Part shown: in pieces, positions 1 to 13,674 of the stretch
Position numbering within the stretch: position 1 is the first letter of the stretch
Layout: each line of letters starts with the position of its first letter
NCBI GenBank assembly: GCA_964016885.1
Contig: OZ024764.1
Span: forward strand, 26,226,001 to 26,290,000
Direction of reading: 5' to 3'
From: Eledone cirrhosa
Lineage: Eukaryota
DNA length: 64,000 nucleotides
Translations under genes and position numbers: made by a program
The notes under the pieces: generated by a model
Databases searched by the model: none
What the model saw: only the letters and a program-made list of their open reading frames with translations
What the model was told of the DNA's origin: nothing

Positions 1-3000
1 TTTACTGGCCACTGCCATCGTGCCACCTCTGAGGCTGTGTCCCCATTAGTGCTTTGGGAAACCACAAGCAGTCACTAATAACAGGGGCCACAAGCTCTCC
101 TATCCCTGATTTGCTGGCCACTGCCATCGTGCCACCTCTGAGGCTGTGTCCCCATTAGTGCTTTGGAAACCACAAGCAGTCACTAATAACAGGGGCCACA
201 AGCTCTCCTATCCCTGATTTGCTGGCCACTGCCATCGTGCCACCTCTGAGGCTGTGTCCCCATTAGTGCTTTGGGAAACCACAAGCAGTCACTAATAACA
301 GGGGCCACAAGCTCTCCTATCCTAATTTACTGGCCACTGCCATCGTGCCACTTCTGAGGCTGTGTCCCCATTAGTGCTTTGGGAAACCACAAGCAGTCAC
401 TAATAACAGGGGACACAAGCTCTCCTATCCTAATTTACTGGCCACTGCCATCGTGCCACCTCTGAGGCTGTGTCCCCATTAGTGCTTTGGAATCCACAAG
501 CAGTCACTAATAACAGGGGCCACAAGCTCTCCTATCCTAATTTACTGGCCACTGCCATCGTGCCACCTCTGAGGCTGTGTCCCCATTAGTGCTTTGGAAA
601 CCACAAGCAGTCACTAATAAGAGGGGACACATGCTCTCCTATCATAATTTACTGGCCACTGCCATCGTGCCACCTCTGAGGCTGTGTCCCCATTAGTGCT
701 TTGGGAAACCACAAGCAGTCACTAATAACAGGGGCCACAAGCTCTCCTATCCCTGATTTGCTGGCCACTGCCATCGTGCCACCTCTGAGGCTGTGTCCCC
801 ATTAGTGCTTTGGAAACCACAAGCAGTCACTAATAACAGGGGCCACAAGCTCTCCTATCCCTGATTTGCTGGCCACTGCCATCGTGCCACCTCTGAGGCT
901 GTGTCCCCATTAGTGCTTTGGGAAACCACAAGCAGTCACTAATAACAGGGGCCACAAGCTCTCCTATCCCTAATTTACTGGCCACTGCCATCGTGCCACC
1001 TCTGAGGCTGTGTCCCCATTAGTGCTTTGGAAACCACAAGCAGTCACTAATAAGAGGGGACACAAGCTCTCCTATCCTAATTTACTGGCCACTGCCATCG
1101 TGCCACCTCTGAGGCTGTGTCCCCATTAGTGCTTTGGAAAACACAAGCAGTCACTAATAACAGGGGCCACAAGCTCTCCTATCCTAATTTACTGGCCACT
1201 GCCATCGTGCCACCTCTGAGGCTGTGTCCCCATTAGTGCTTTGGGAAACCACAAGCAGTCACTAATAACAGGGGACACAAGCTCTCCTATCCCTGATTTG
1301 CTGGCCACTGCCATCGTGCCACCTCTGAGGCTGTGTCCCCATTAGTGCTTTGGAAACCACACGCAGTCACTAATAACAGGGGCCACAAGCTCTCCTATCC
1401 CTAATTTACTGGCCACTGCCATCGTGCCACCTCTGAGGCTGTGTCCCCATTAGTGCTTTGGGAAACCACAAGCAGTCACTAATAAGAGGGGACACAAGCT
1501 CTCCTATCCTAATTTGCTGGCCACTGCCATCGTGCCACCTCTGAGGCTGTGTCCCCATTAGTGCTTTGGAATCCACAAGCAGTCACTAATAACAGGGGAC
1601 ACAAGCTCTCCTATCCTAATTTACTGGCCACTGCCATCGTGCCACCTATGAGGCTGTGTCCCCATTAGTGCTTTGGGAAACCACAAGCAGTCACTAATAA
1701 CAGGGGCCACAAGCTCTCCTATCCTAATTTACTGGCCACTGCCATCGTGCCACCTCTGAGGCTGTGTCCCCATTAGTGCTTTGGGAAACCACAAGCAGTC
1801 ACTAATAACAGGGGCCACAAGCTCTCCTATCCTAATTTGCTGGCCACTGCCATCGTGCCACCTCTGAGGCTGTGTCTCCATTAGTGCTTTGGGAAACCAC
1901 AAGCAGTCACTAATAACAGGGGCCACAAGCTCTCCTATCCTAATTTACTGGCCACTGCCATCGTGCCACCTCTGAGGCTGTGTCCCCATTAGTGCTTTGG
2001 GAAACCACACGCAGTCACTAATAAGAGGGGACACAAGCTCTCCTATCCTAATTTACTGGCCACTGCCATCGTGCCACCTCTGAGGCTGTGTCCCCATTAG
2101 TGCTTTGGGAAACCACAGGCAGTCACTAATAACAGGGGACACAAGCTCTCCTATCCTAATTTACTGGCTACTGCCATCGTGCCACCTCTGAGGCTGTGTC
2201 CCCATTAGTGCTTTGGAAACCACAGGCAGTCACTAATAACAGGGGACACAAGCTCTCCTATCCTAATTTACTGGCTACTGCCATCGTGCCACCTCTGAGG
2301 CTGTGTCCCCATTAGTGCTTTGGAAACCACAGGCAGTCACTAATAACAGGGGACACAAGCTCTCCTATCCTAATTTACTGGCCACTGCCATCGTGCCACC
2401 TCTGAGGCTGTGTCCCCATTAGTGCTTTGGGAAACCACAGGCAGTCACTAATAACAGGGGACACAAGCTCTCCTATCCTAATTTACTGGCTACTGCCATC
2501 GTGCCACCTCTGAGGCTGTGTCCCCATTAGTGCTTTGGAAACCACAGGCAGTCACTAATAACAGGGGACACAAGCTCTCCTATCCTAATTTACTGGCTAC
2601 TGCCATCGTGCCACCTCTGAGGCTGTGTCCCCATTAGTGCTTTGGAAACCACAGGCAGTCACTAATAACAGGGGACACAAGCTCTCCTATCCTAATTTAC
2701 TGGCCACTGCCATCGTGCCACCTCTGAGGCTGTGTCCCCATTAGTGCTTTGGGAAACCACAGGCAGTCACTAATAACAGGGGACACAAGCTCTCCTATCC
2801 TAATTTACTGGCTACTGCCATCGTGCCACCTCTGAGGCTGTGTCCCCATTAGTGCTTTGGAAACCACAGGCAGTCACTAATAACAGGGGACACAAGCTCT
2901 CCTATCCTAATTTACTGGCTACTGCCATCGTGCCACCTCTGAGGCTGTGTCCCCATTAGTGCTTTGGAAACCACAGGCAGTCACTAATAACAGGGGACAC

Positions 3001-3129
3001 AAGCTCTCCTATCCCAATGTCATCTCCAGAGATTCTGGTATTGAAATCCAGGACTTGGCAACAGCAATGAACGACAGACCGACGTGGAGATCAATTGTTG
3101 GGTCCATTTCAGCTGAGGCCACCGAATGA
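1..3129 (+). repeat. ~108-bp tandem satellite (~28 copies, cut by window start) amplified from the C-terminal coding region of a non-LTR retrotransposon, ending in that element's unamplified 3' end
   Basis: 107-109 bp unit translating as FAGHCHRATSEAVSPLVLWKPQAVTNNRGHKLSYP. The last unit continues as NVISRDSGIEIQDLATAMNDRPTWRSIV, resembling the RTE-like C-terminal AGH..LW.P...DR..W pattern. Confidence 0.85.
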
Positions 3130-3521
3130 TGCGGGGTAGATGAAGAGCTTTGGAGGTTGTTCAGGTCATGTACAGGACCAAAGTGAGCAAGGTTAGTGGG
3201 AACACACATATATGCCGTAGTTCTCACAGCTGGATCTGAAATAGAGCTAGAAACTAGGAGCAGTTGATTGGCTTGTGAGGGCCATACAGGCCATGTCAAC
3301 AAGGTCAGAGAGAACTCCAGCATGGTGATGGCCTGAGTCATATAGTTGAATCTATGACAGAATTAAACGTAAAATTCCAGACATGGAAGTATAACCTGGA
3401 ATGGAAAGGCCTGAAAGTAAACTTAGCAAAGGCTGAGAAGGACCCGCTTCATCATAAGTGACTCTAGGTTTTGCACCTAGGAGATTCCCCTCCGAGTTAC
3501 AAGCCTGGGCAAATATGAATT

Positions 3522-4512
3522 CAGACAATGTCTTTCATTAGAAATATGGTAGTGAAAGGGTTAATGACGTAGACAGTGTCTTTCATTAGAAATATGGTAA
3601 TGAAAGGGTTAATGACATAGACAGTGTCTTTCATTATAAATATGGTAATGAAAGGGTTAAAGACATAGACAGTGTCTTTCATTAGAAATACGGTAATGAA
3701 AGGGTTAAAGACATAGACAGTGTCTTTCATTAGAAATATGGTAGTGAAAGGGTTAATGACATAGACAGTGTCTTTCATTAGAAATATGGTAGTGAAAGGG
3801 TTAAAGACATAGTATCTTTATATAGAAATATGGTAATGAAAGGGTTAAAGACATAGACAGTGTCTTTCATTAGAAATATGGTAGTGAAAGGGTTAAAGAC
3901 ATAGTATCTTTCATTAGAAATATGGTAATGAAAGGGTTAAAGACATAGACAGTGTCTTTCATTAGAAATATGGTAGTGAAAGGGTTAAAGACATAGTATC
4001 TTTCATTAGAAATATGGTAATGAAAGGGTTAAAGACATAGACAGTGTCTTTCATTAGAAATATGGTAATGAAAGGGTTAATGACATAGACAGTGTCTTTC
4101 ATTAGAAATACGGTAATAAAAGGGTTAATGACATAGACAGTGTCTTTCATTAGAAATATGGTAGTGAAAGGGTTAATGACATAGACAGTGTCTTTCATTA
4201 GAAATATGGTAATGAAAGGGTTAATGACATAGACAGTGTCTTTCATTAGAAATACGGTAATAAAAGGGTTAATGACATAGACAGTGTCTTTCATTAGAAA
4301 TACGGTAATAAAAGGGTTAATGACATAGACAGTGTCTTTCATTAGAAATACGGTAGTGAAAGGGTTAATGACATAGACAGTGTCTTTCATTAGAAATATG
4401 GTAATGAAAGGGTTAATGACATAGACAGTGTCTTTCATTAGAAATACGGTAATAAAAGGGTTAATGACATAGACAGTGTCTTTCATTAGAAATATGGTAA
4501 TGAAAGAGTTAA
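3522..4512. repeat. 48-bp minisatellite (~21 copies) built from the terminus of a TTAA-ended MITE
   Basis: Unit tagacagtgtctttcattagaaatatggtaatgaaagggttaatgaca. An inverted single copy (ttaaccctttcattaccatatttctaatgaaagacactg) lies at ~4769-4808. Confidence 0.85.
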
Positions 4513-5384
4513 TATGTGTAGTAAAATTACAAGTGGGTTGGTATTAAGATAGTTTAGGAGAACCAGCATGTATAGTAGTGTGAAAGTATTCCATATTTCT
4601 ATTGAATGACACTGCCTATAATTTTCAAATAATTTTGAAAATAATCTTAAATTTAGAGGAATTTAGTAATATAAACTTTCTCATTATTAAGCTAAAGTTT
4701 GAAACATAACTTAATAAAGGTTCTTACATAAAATTATGATGGAAGGTTTTGAGATAAATATAAACACTTTAACCCTTTCATTACCATATTTCTAATGAAA
4801 GACACTGTTGGTGTTTCGAACATAAAGATTCTTACAGAAAATTATTTGCAGTATTATCGCTTAACATCCTGCAATGATTTAGCAGAAAATATCTAAAAAC
4901 AAATCTGTTAATTCAAATATTTATAGTATCTTTACTAATGGACAGATTGTTGTGAGAATTTTGTAGTAATAAAGTAAAGATTTGAATTTTTAATGTGATG
5001 CAGTCATCATGCTGTTTTGTACTTTTCAAATATGTCTTGCTAATGTGGTTTGATGTGGAACAGGACATAGAGTAATTGAAAAAAAAAAAAACAGTACCAA
5101 GATTGATATGATCAACAGAATCCCTCAAAGGTGGTGCCCCGGCATGGCTACAGTCTAATGACTGAAACAAGTAAAAGAATAATACCAGGCCGCTTGTTTG
5201 GGTCAGGAGTGCTTGTTGTTGCATTATGGGCAAGTGTTTTTTGAACACCAGTCTTAGTTAGATACACCCAATCGTTCAGATATTTGGCCTTCCCCGTGAA
5301 GGATGATATCTGCACCTTTTTCACTTGAAACAGAAGCCAGGTTAGTACTCGAAAATACAACAAATAATGTGATTAGTCAACATA

Positions 5385-5582
5385 TATATCATCATCATCA
5401 TCAACGTTTAACGTCCGTGTTCCACGCTTGCATGGGTTTGGACGGGGGTAGTCCCACTTGAGGCAAGAGTGATTGTCTTGCTCGCATAGGACTGTCTGGC
5501 AGGTTTTCTACAGTTGGATGCCCTTCCTAACACCAACCACATTTACAGTGTGGGTCTGGGAGGTTTTTACCGTGTTGCCTAC
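5385..5582 (-). mobile_element. 5'-truncated 3' end of an RTE-type element/SINE with (GAT)n tail
   Basis: Nearly identical to ~33560-33760. Reads ttaggaagggcatcc...acccatgcaagcgtggaacacggacgttaaacg(ttgat) on the - strand. Confidence 0.75.
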
Positions 5583-5839
5583 ATATATATATATACAATG
5601 ATTGAAAATAAAAAAATTAAGTGTGATGATATTTGCACGCTTGTATCGTGTATGTGTATATACTAAGATTACTAATAATATGACAGAGAAAACACAGGTG
5701 GTCTCTAAATTGGATACTCAAGAGGTGTTTCGAGATAATAGGCAGACTAACAGGGAAGGAAGAGTTTTTATGTCAAAGATTTCCAGGGAATATTGAGTCA
5801 GTGAGTCCTTGGCACACACCTTTTACAATCCCAGGTAGG

Positions 5840-6450
5840 GTCCATAGAAGTGGTTGATGGCTTCTGCTAAGTGATATAATTAGCAGTGGAGGAGGATGCT
5901 CCAGGAGCATAGTAGCTAGAATTTAGTTTAGGGAACAGTTACCCCTGTTGACAACAAAGGCTTTCTCCCTGCGAACGAAAGGTCGGCTGTATGATGCCTG
6001 TTACATGCGATATGCAATGCTGCATGGTAGTGACACATGGACGGCGACTGCAGAGAATATGCAAAGGCTAGAGAGAAACGAGGCAACCATGCTTAGACTT
6101 CGATGGATGTGAAATGTTGGGGCATGGATGAACTGTGACAGAAAAGTAGGTGTAAGAGAAATCAGATGTATTGTACAGGAGAGGAAACTTTGCTAGTATG
6201 GGCATTTGATACACATGGGTGATGATCACTAGGTGAAGAAGTACCAAGTAATACTAGTGGAGAGAGGATAGGGCAGAGGAAGACCAAGGAGGACCTGGAT
6301 GGAAGTGGTGAGAGCTGATATCAGATCGTTGAAACTCATGAAAGAGATGACAAAGGACCGTCATGCATGGGGATTTGATGTACTGAAAAGAATCCGCCTA
6401 ACACATGCAAGCGTGGAACAGCAGGTAAAAGTGATGCTGAAGATGGTGAT
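5840..6450 (+). mobile_element. Degenerate RTE LINE 3' fragment
   Basis: Broken frames give LPLLTTKAFSLRTKGRLYDAC and AMLHGSDTW, and a GRGRPRRTW segment. Homologous to the ORF at 33975-34517. Confidence 0.75.
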
Positions 6451-6529
6451 GCTGGAAATGGAGCAAAAATAGAGACATTAAGTTGATTTATCATGTTATG
6501 AATATTGCACATATAACACAGGCATCACA

Positions 6530-7915
6530 TTCGAGGCAACCCTTACCTATGGTCACGAATTTTGGGTAATGACTGAAAGAATATAATTGCGAATAGAAGC
6601 AGCCAAAAATGGGGTTCCTCCAAAGGGTCTTTGGAGGAACATGACTCGATAGAGTGCGTAGGTCGGAGATCAGAGAGTTACTCCAGGTCGAGCTGCTACT
6701 TCTCCGAATTGAGAGTTCACAGTTCCGACACTATGAGCATGTGGTTAGAATGTCTCAGGAAAGAATCTCTGGATTGAGAGATCACAGCTCTGATACTACA
6801 GACATGTGGTTAGAATGTCTGAAGAAAGAATCTCTGAATTGAGAGATCACAGCTCTGATACTACAGACATGTGGTTAGAATGTCTCAGGAAAGAATCTCT
6901 GAATTGAGAGATCACAGCTCTGATACTACAGACATGTGGTTAGAATGTCTGAAGAAAGAATCTCTGAATTGAGAGATCACAGCTCTGATACTACAGACAT
7001 GTGTTTAGAATGTTTCAGGAAAGAATCTCTGAATTGAGAGATCACAGCTATGATACTACAGACATGTGGTTAGAATGTCTCAGGAAAGAATCTCTGGATT
7101 GAGAGATCACAGCTCTGATACTACAGACATGTGGTTAGAATGTCTCAGGAAAGAATCTCTGAATTGAGAGATCACACCTCTGATACTACAGACATGTGGT
7201 TAGAATGTCTGAGGAAAGAATCTCTGGATTCAGAGATCACAGCTCTGATACTACAGACATGTAGTTAGAATGTCTCAGGAAAGAATCTCTGCATTAGAGA
7301 TCACACCTCTGATACTACAGACACGTGGTTAGAATGTCTGAGGAAAGGATCTCTGATTTGAGAGATCACAGCTCTGATACTACAGACATGTGGTTAGAAT
7401 GTCTCAGGAGAGAATCTCTGAATTGAGAGATCACAGCTCTGATACTACAGACATGTGGTTAGAATGTCTCAGGAGAGAATCTCTGATTTGAGAGATTACA
7501 GCTCTGATACTACAGACATGTGGTTAGAATGTCTCAGGAAAGAATCTCTGGATTGAGAGATCACAGCTCTGATACTACAGACATGTGGGTAGAATGTCTC
7601 AGGAGAGAATCTCTGAATTAAGAGATCACAGCTCTGATACTACAGACATGTGGTTAGAATGTCTCAGGAGAGAATCTCTGGATTGAGAGATCACAGCTCT
7701 GATACTACAGACATGTGGTTAGAATGTCTCAGGAAAGAATCACTGGACAGACTTTACAGGAAAAAGCGAGCAAGATGGTTTGATAATATCTATGAGCTTG
7801 GCTGGTCACACTTAGGGATCTAGCCGGATCTGTTGGAGATGGTTGCTTCTGACAGGACCGCAGAAAGGAGTGTTTGAGGTCTGCCCCTAATTCTCTCAGG
7901 AATAAGTGGGAGAAG
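6530..7915 (+). mobile_element. Rex3/RTE-like 3' fragment with an internal 60-bp satellite (~6770-7740, ~16 copies)
   Basis: TLTYGHEFWVMTER and VRRSEIRELLQVELLLLRIESSQFRHYEHVVRM, then repeats of attgagagatcacagctctgatactacagacatgtggttagaatgtctcaggaaagaatctctga, then the LINE resumes. Confidence 0.85.
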
Positions 7916-8267
7916 TGTATTTTATCAGAAATACAGCAATGAAAGGATTAACAATAAGTACAGTGATGAATATAATGTGCTTTTAGGGGTTCAGTTATCA
8001 GCCCCTTTCTGTTTATCATAGTTGTCTTGGCCATAAGAAGCAACAGAGAGGAGTTGCAGCAAGATCCTGTCAACACAATCTCCATTAGGTTTAAATACAC
8101 AGCAAGTCTCTGATTTCTGAATGGCTAAATGTCAGCAGAAGGGCACCCAGAAATGACCTGGATGTGGCCTGGTCCCCTTAGAGTGTAAGAAATTAAGGGA
8201 CAAAACACTCGCTTGAGGGGGTTTGCTTCTCTGAAGAACTTCTGTTGTTCTGAGAGTTCCTTACCAC

Positions 8268-8505
8268 TATATATATATATATTAAAATAACAGATTAAAG
8301 TTTAAGCAAAGAATCGGTGCTTTCACCCTTAACGGGAGTTTCAGAAGACCCCGTTAAGGGTGAAAGCAGCGATTCTTTGCTTAAACTTTAATCTGTTATT
8401 TTAATAAATATTTGCTCTAGGGTTCTTATATATTTGATATATATTTATCCTTATCTTTGGATTTTAGTCTTCGCATTTATTATTATTACTATCATATATA
8501 TATAT
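8268..8505 (+). mobile_element. Short (TA)n-flanked fold-back element
   Basis: ~55-bp inverted arms at 8281-8405 followed by a unique tail. Related copies without the hairpin at ~47115-47250 and ~44740-44830. Confidence 0.7.
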
Positions 8506-8856
8506 CATCCTCCTTACGAGGTCGATAAAATAAAGTACCAGTAATGCACTGGGTAATTGCTGGCCTTGTGCCTAAAGTAGAAACAATTATCGTTTAACAT
8601 CCATCTTCCACGCTAGAGAAAGAAAGAAAGAGTTTAAGGGCTAGAACACACGCTGGGGGGGGGGGGCTTTTCTCTGAAGGCCTTCTGCTGTCCTGAGAGT
8701 TTCTTACCACTTGTGGGAGTTGAGAAAACAAGGAGTAGAAAAAAGGGTTGTGGGAGCCATGGCAGCCATACTGTGGTACAGTCAATAGGGTGAAGGTTAA
8801 AATAAAAAGTACAGTGAGGAATAAAGTGTATGGTTAGTTGTGCACCAGTTAGTTGT

Positions 8857-9420
8857 GACCACCAGGGCCCAGTTCTCAGTCTCCTTATGTTTGTCAGTGA
8901 CCACCAGGGCCCAGTTCTCAGTTCCCTTCTCTTTGTCAATGACCACAGGGCTCAGTTCTCAGTTCCCTTCTCTTTGTCAGTGACCACAGGGCTCAGTTCT
9001 CAGCTCCCTTATGTTTGTCATTGTCCACCAGGGCCCAGTTCTCAGCTCCCTTATGTTTGTCAGTGACCACCAGGGCCCAGTTCTCAGTTCCCTTCTCTTT
9101 GTCAGCGTCCACCAGGGCCCAGTTCTCAGTTCCCTTATGTTTGTCATTGTCCACCAGGGCCCAGTTCTCAGTTCCCTTCTCTTTGTCAGCGTCCACCAGG
9201 GCCCAGTTCTCAGTTCCCTTCTCTTTGTCAGCGTCCACCAGGGCCCAGTTCTCAGTTCCCTTCTCTTTGTCAGTGTCCACCAGGGCCCAGTTCTCAGTTC
9301 CCTTCTCTTTGTCAGAGTTCCCCTGGCCATAACAGAAGAGCTTAAGACCAGCTATATGTGGGAACTCTTGTACACAAATGACCTAGTTCTCATAGCTGAA
9401 TCTGTGATAAGAGTTAAAAG
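8857..9420 (+). repeat. 42-bp minisatellite (~11 copies) from the reverse transcriptase motif-B region of an RTE LINE
   Basis: Unit encodes VHQGPVLSSLLFVS (cf. GVHQGSVLSPLLF). It continues into AITEELKTSYMWELLYTNDLVLIAES, a degenerate YADD region. Confidence 0.85.
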
Positions 9421-10269
9421 CAAAATCTCAGGACCCCAATGGTAGATGAACAGTATCAGTAGATGAATGGCTTGTAAGGGCCATACAGGTCATGTCAGCA
9501 GAGTTAGAGGGTACTCCAATATGGTTATGACCTGGTTATTATAGCTGAATCTGTGGCGGAATTAATAGCAACATTTTAGACATGAAAGCAATACCTGGAA
9601 TTGAAAGGCTTCAGAGTAAACATGGCTGAGATTAATAGGAAGGACAGACACATCATTGGTACCATCAGAGTTATGACAGGTCATATATATGGCTAGTGTT
9701 AGGAAGGGCATCCAGCCATAGAAACCAAGCCAAAATCGGTCCAGTGTGTGCTGGAGACGCTCATCCGATCTAGGTTGTCTCACATCTGGACAACTCATCT
9801 AACCCATGCTAGCGTGGAAAAATGGACGTTAAACGATGATGATGATATATACACACACACTAACAGAGAAGGTAAACTTTGTATTTGGCTCTACAGGTAT
9901 GGTTAGTAGTAAGAGCATGAGTAAAAAAAAATCTACCTTTCCCAATCCCAAGAAGGATCCATAGAAGTAGTTGATATCTTTTGCTACTTAGCTGATACTA
10001 TTAGTTGTGGAAGCAACAGAACTGAGAAGATAGTAGCTAGAATAAAGACAGGATAGGATAGTTACCTCCGTTTCTCTCTATGAAAGAAAGACCAAGTATA
10101 TGATGTTGGTGTTCGATGTCTGATGTTGCATGGCAGTGAGATATGGCCAGTGAATGCAAAGGATATGCAAAGGCTAGACGGTAATGAAGCAAGCACTCCA
10201 GTGGATGTGCAATGTTAGTGTGCATGAACAAATATACATAGATAACCTGCAAGAATACCAGGACATAAG

Positions 10270-13210
10270 AGGACAGATTTGATGGGCAAAACCAACCGGA
10301 AAGAGACCCAGGGGTAGACCCCGAGCAAGATGGTTAGATAACATTCATGAATTGAGAGATCACAGCTCTGATACTACAGACATGTGGTTAGAATGTCTCA
10401 GGAAAGAATCTCTGAATTGAGAGATCACAGCTCTGATACTACAGACATGTGGTTAGAATGTCTCAGGAAAGAATCTCTGGATTGAGAGATCACAGCTCTG
10501 ATACTACAGACATGTGGTTAGAATGTCTCAGGAAAGAATCTCTGGATTGAGAGATCACAGCTCTGATACTACAGACATGTGGGTAGAATGTCTCAGGAAA
10601 GAATCTCTGGATTGAGAGATCACAGCTCTGATACTACAGACATGTGGGTAGAATGTCTCAGGAAAGAATCTCTGAATTGAGAGATCACAGCTCTGATACT
10701 ACAGACATGTGGTTAGAATGTCTCAGGAAAGAATCTCTGGATTGAGAGATCACAGATCTGATACTACAGACATGTGGGTAGAATGTCTCAGGAAAGAATC
10801 TCTGGATTGAGAGATCACAGCTCTGATACTACAGACATGTGGGTAGAATGTCTCAGGAAAGAATCTCTGAATTGAGAGATCACAGCTCTGATACTACAGA
10901 CATGTGGTTAGAATGTCTCAGGAAAGAATCTCTGGATTGAGAGATCACAGCTCTGATACTACAGACATGTGGGTAGAATGTCTCAGGAAAGAATCTCTGA
11001 ATTGAGAGATCACAGCTCTGATACTACAGACATGTGGTTAGAATGTCTCAGGAAAGAATCTCTGAACTGAGAGATCACAGCTCTGATAATACAGACATGT
11101 GGTTAGAATGTCTGAAGAAAGAATCTCTGGATTGAGAGATCACAGCTCTGATACTACAGACATGGGGTTAGAATGTCTCAGGAAAGAATCTCTGAATTGA
11201 GAGATCACAGCTCTGATACTACAGACATGTGGTTAGAATGTCTCAGGAAAGAATCTCTGGATTGAGAGATCACAGCTCTGATACTACAGACATGTGGGTA
11301 GAATGTCTCAGGAAAGAATCTCTGAATTGAGAGACCACAGCTCTGATACTACAGACATGTGGTTAGAATGTCTCAGGAAAGAATCTCTGGATTGAGAGAT
11401 CACAGCTCTGATACTACAGACATGTGGGTAGAATGTCTCAGGAAAGAATCTCTGAATTGAGAGATCACAGCTCTGATACTACAGACATGTGGTTAGAATG
11501 TCTCAGGAAAGAATCTCTGAATTGAGAGATCACAGCTCTGATACTACAGACATGTGGTTAGAATGTCTCAGGAAAGAATCTCTGAATTGAGAGATCACAG
11601 CTCTGATACTACAGACATGTGGTTAGAATGTCTGAAGAAAGAATCTCTGGATTGAGAGATCACAGCTCTGATACTACAGACATGTGGTTAGAATGTCTCA
11701 GGAAAGAATCTCTGAACTGAGAGATCACAGCTCTGATAATACAGACATGTGGTTAGAATGTCTGAAGAAAGAATCTCTGGATTGAGAGATCACAGCTCTG
11801 ATACTACAGACATGGGGTTAGAATGTCTCAGGAAAGAATCTCTGAATTGAGAGATCACAGCTCTGATACTACAGACATGTGGTTAGAATGTCTGAAGAAA
11901 GAATCTCTGGATTGAGAGATCACAGCTCTGATACTACAGACATGTGGTTAGAATGTCTCAGGAAAGAATCTCTGAACTGAGAGATCACAGCTCTGATAAT
12001 ACAGACATGTGGTTAGAATGTCTGAAGAAAGAATCTCTGGATTGAGAGATCACAGCTCTGATACTACAGACATGGGGTTAGAATGTCTCAGGAAAGAATC
12101 TCTGAATTGAGAGATCACAGCTCTGATACTACAGACATGTGGTTAGAATGTCTCAGGAAAGAATCTCTGGATTGAGAGATCACAGCTCTGATACTACAGA
12201 CATGTGGGTAGAATGTCTCAGGAAAGAATCTCTGAATTGAGAGACCACAGCTCTGATACTACAGACATGTGGTTAGAATGTCTCAGGAAAGAATCTCTGG
12301 ATTGAGAGATCACAGATCTGATACTACAGACATGTGGTTAGAATGTCTCAGGAAAGAATCTCTGAATTGAGAGATCACAGCTCTGATACTACAGACATGT
12401 GGTTAGAATGTCTGAAGAAAGAATCTTTGGATTGAGAGATCACAGCTCTGATACTACAGACATGTGGGTAGAATGTCTCAGGAAAGAATCTCTGAATTGA
12501 GAGATCACAGCTCTGATACTACAGACATGTGGTTAGAATGTCTCAGGAAAGAATCTCTGAATTGAGAGATAACAGCTCTGATACTACAGACATGTGGTTA
12601 GAATGTCTGAAGAAAGAATCTCTGGATTGAGAGATCACAGCTCTGATACTACAGACATGTGGTTAGAATGTCTCAGGAAAGAATCTCTGGATTGAGAGAT
12701 CACAGCTCTGATACTACAGACATGTGGTTAGAATGTCTCAGGAAAGAATCTCTGGATTGAGAGATCACAGCTCTGATACTACAGACATGTGGTTAGAATG
12801 TCTCAGGAAAGAATCTCTGGATTGAGAGATCACAGCTATGATACTACAGACATGTGGTTAGAATGTCTGAAGAAGGAATCTCTGAATTGAGAGATCACAG
12901 CTCTGATACTACAGACATGTGGTTAGAATGTCTGAAGAAAGAATCTCTGAATTGAGAGATCACAGCTCTGATACTACAGACATGTGGTTAGAATGTCTCA
13001 GGAAAGAATCACTGGACAGATTTTACGGGTAAAATCAACCAGCAGGAGACCCAGGTGTAGACTCTGATCAAGATGGTTGGTTGGTCATGCTTAGGGATCC
13101 AGCTGGATCAGTTGGAGACGCTTGCTTTAGACAGGACCTGCTAGAAGGAATGTTTGAGGACTCTTCGCCCATGACCCTCGCAGGAATAAATGGGAGGAGA
13201 AGAAGAAGAT
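10270..13210 (+). repeat. 60-bp RTE-derived satellite (~10350-13010, ~44 copies) within an RTE 3' fragment
   Basis: Same unit as 6770-7740. Ends in cactggacagattttacggg, followed by the LINE 3' end and a GAA-type tail. Confidence 0.9.
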
Positions 13211-13674
13211 GTAATGTGCAGGAGAGAAGACTGTGCTAGTATGGACATGTTGCGTGTGTAAGAACGATGAGCATTAGGTGAAGTGCCAAGAAATCCCAGT
13301 ATAAGGGAACTACAGTAGAGGGAGGTCAAGGATGACCTGTGCAGGAAGCTCACAGTGGAGATCATGAAGGAAGCTGACTTGGGAAGGGCAGCTGTACTGG
13401 CAAAGACCCATCCAACTCATGCAGGCATGGAAAAACTGATGTAAAACACTTTTGATCACGTGTGCATTCACATACAAATATTATATATCTGCACGTATAT
13501 ATATGTATAACAAATTTAATATAGAAATGGCTTTTACAGGACTAGAACTGTTTCATTCAAAAAAATCATCAGGAAAGCCGACTGGCATTGTAATACGGTT
13601 GTATTTGTATGTTTTCTCATGGTTGGGAAAAGTGGTAATTTTGAGAATGGGGAGAGGTCATTGGCCATGGGATT

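Noticed and set aside
5148-5363. NF1 exon 2 (TKTGVQKT resembles IKTGQQNT)
   Set aside because: Similarity is limited to a few residues; the conserved CLI.IS.Y.FSLVISGL block is absent.
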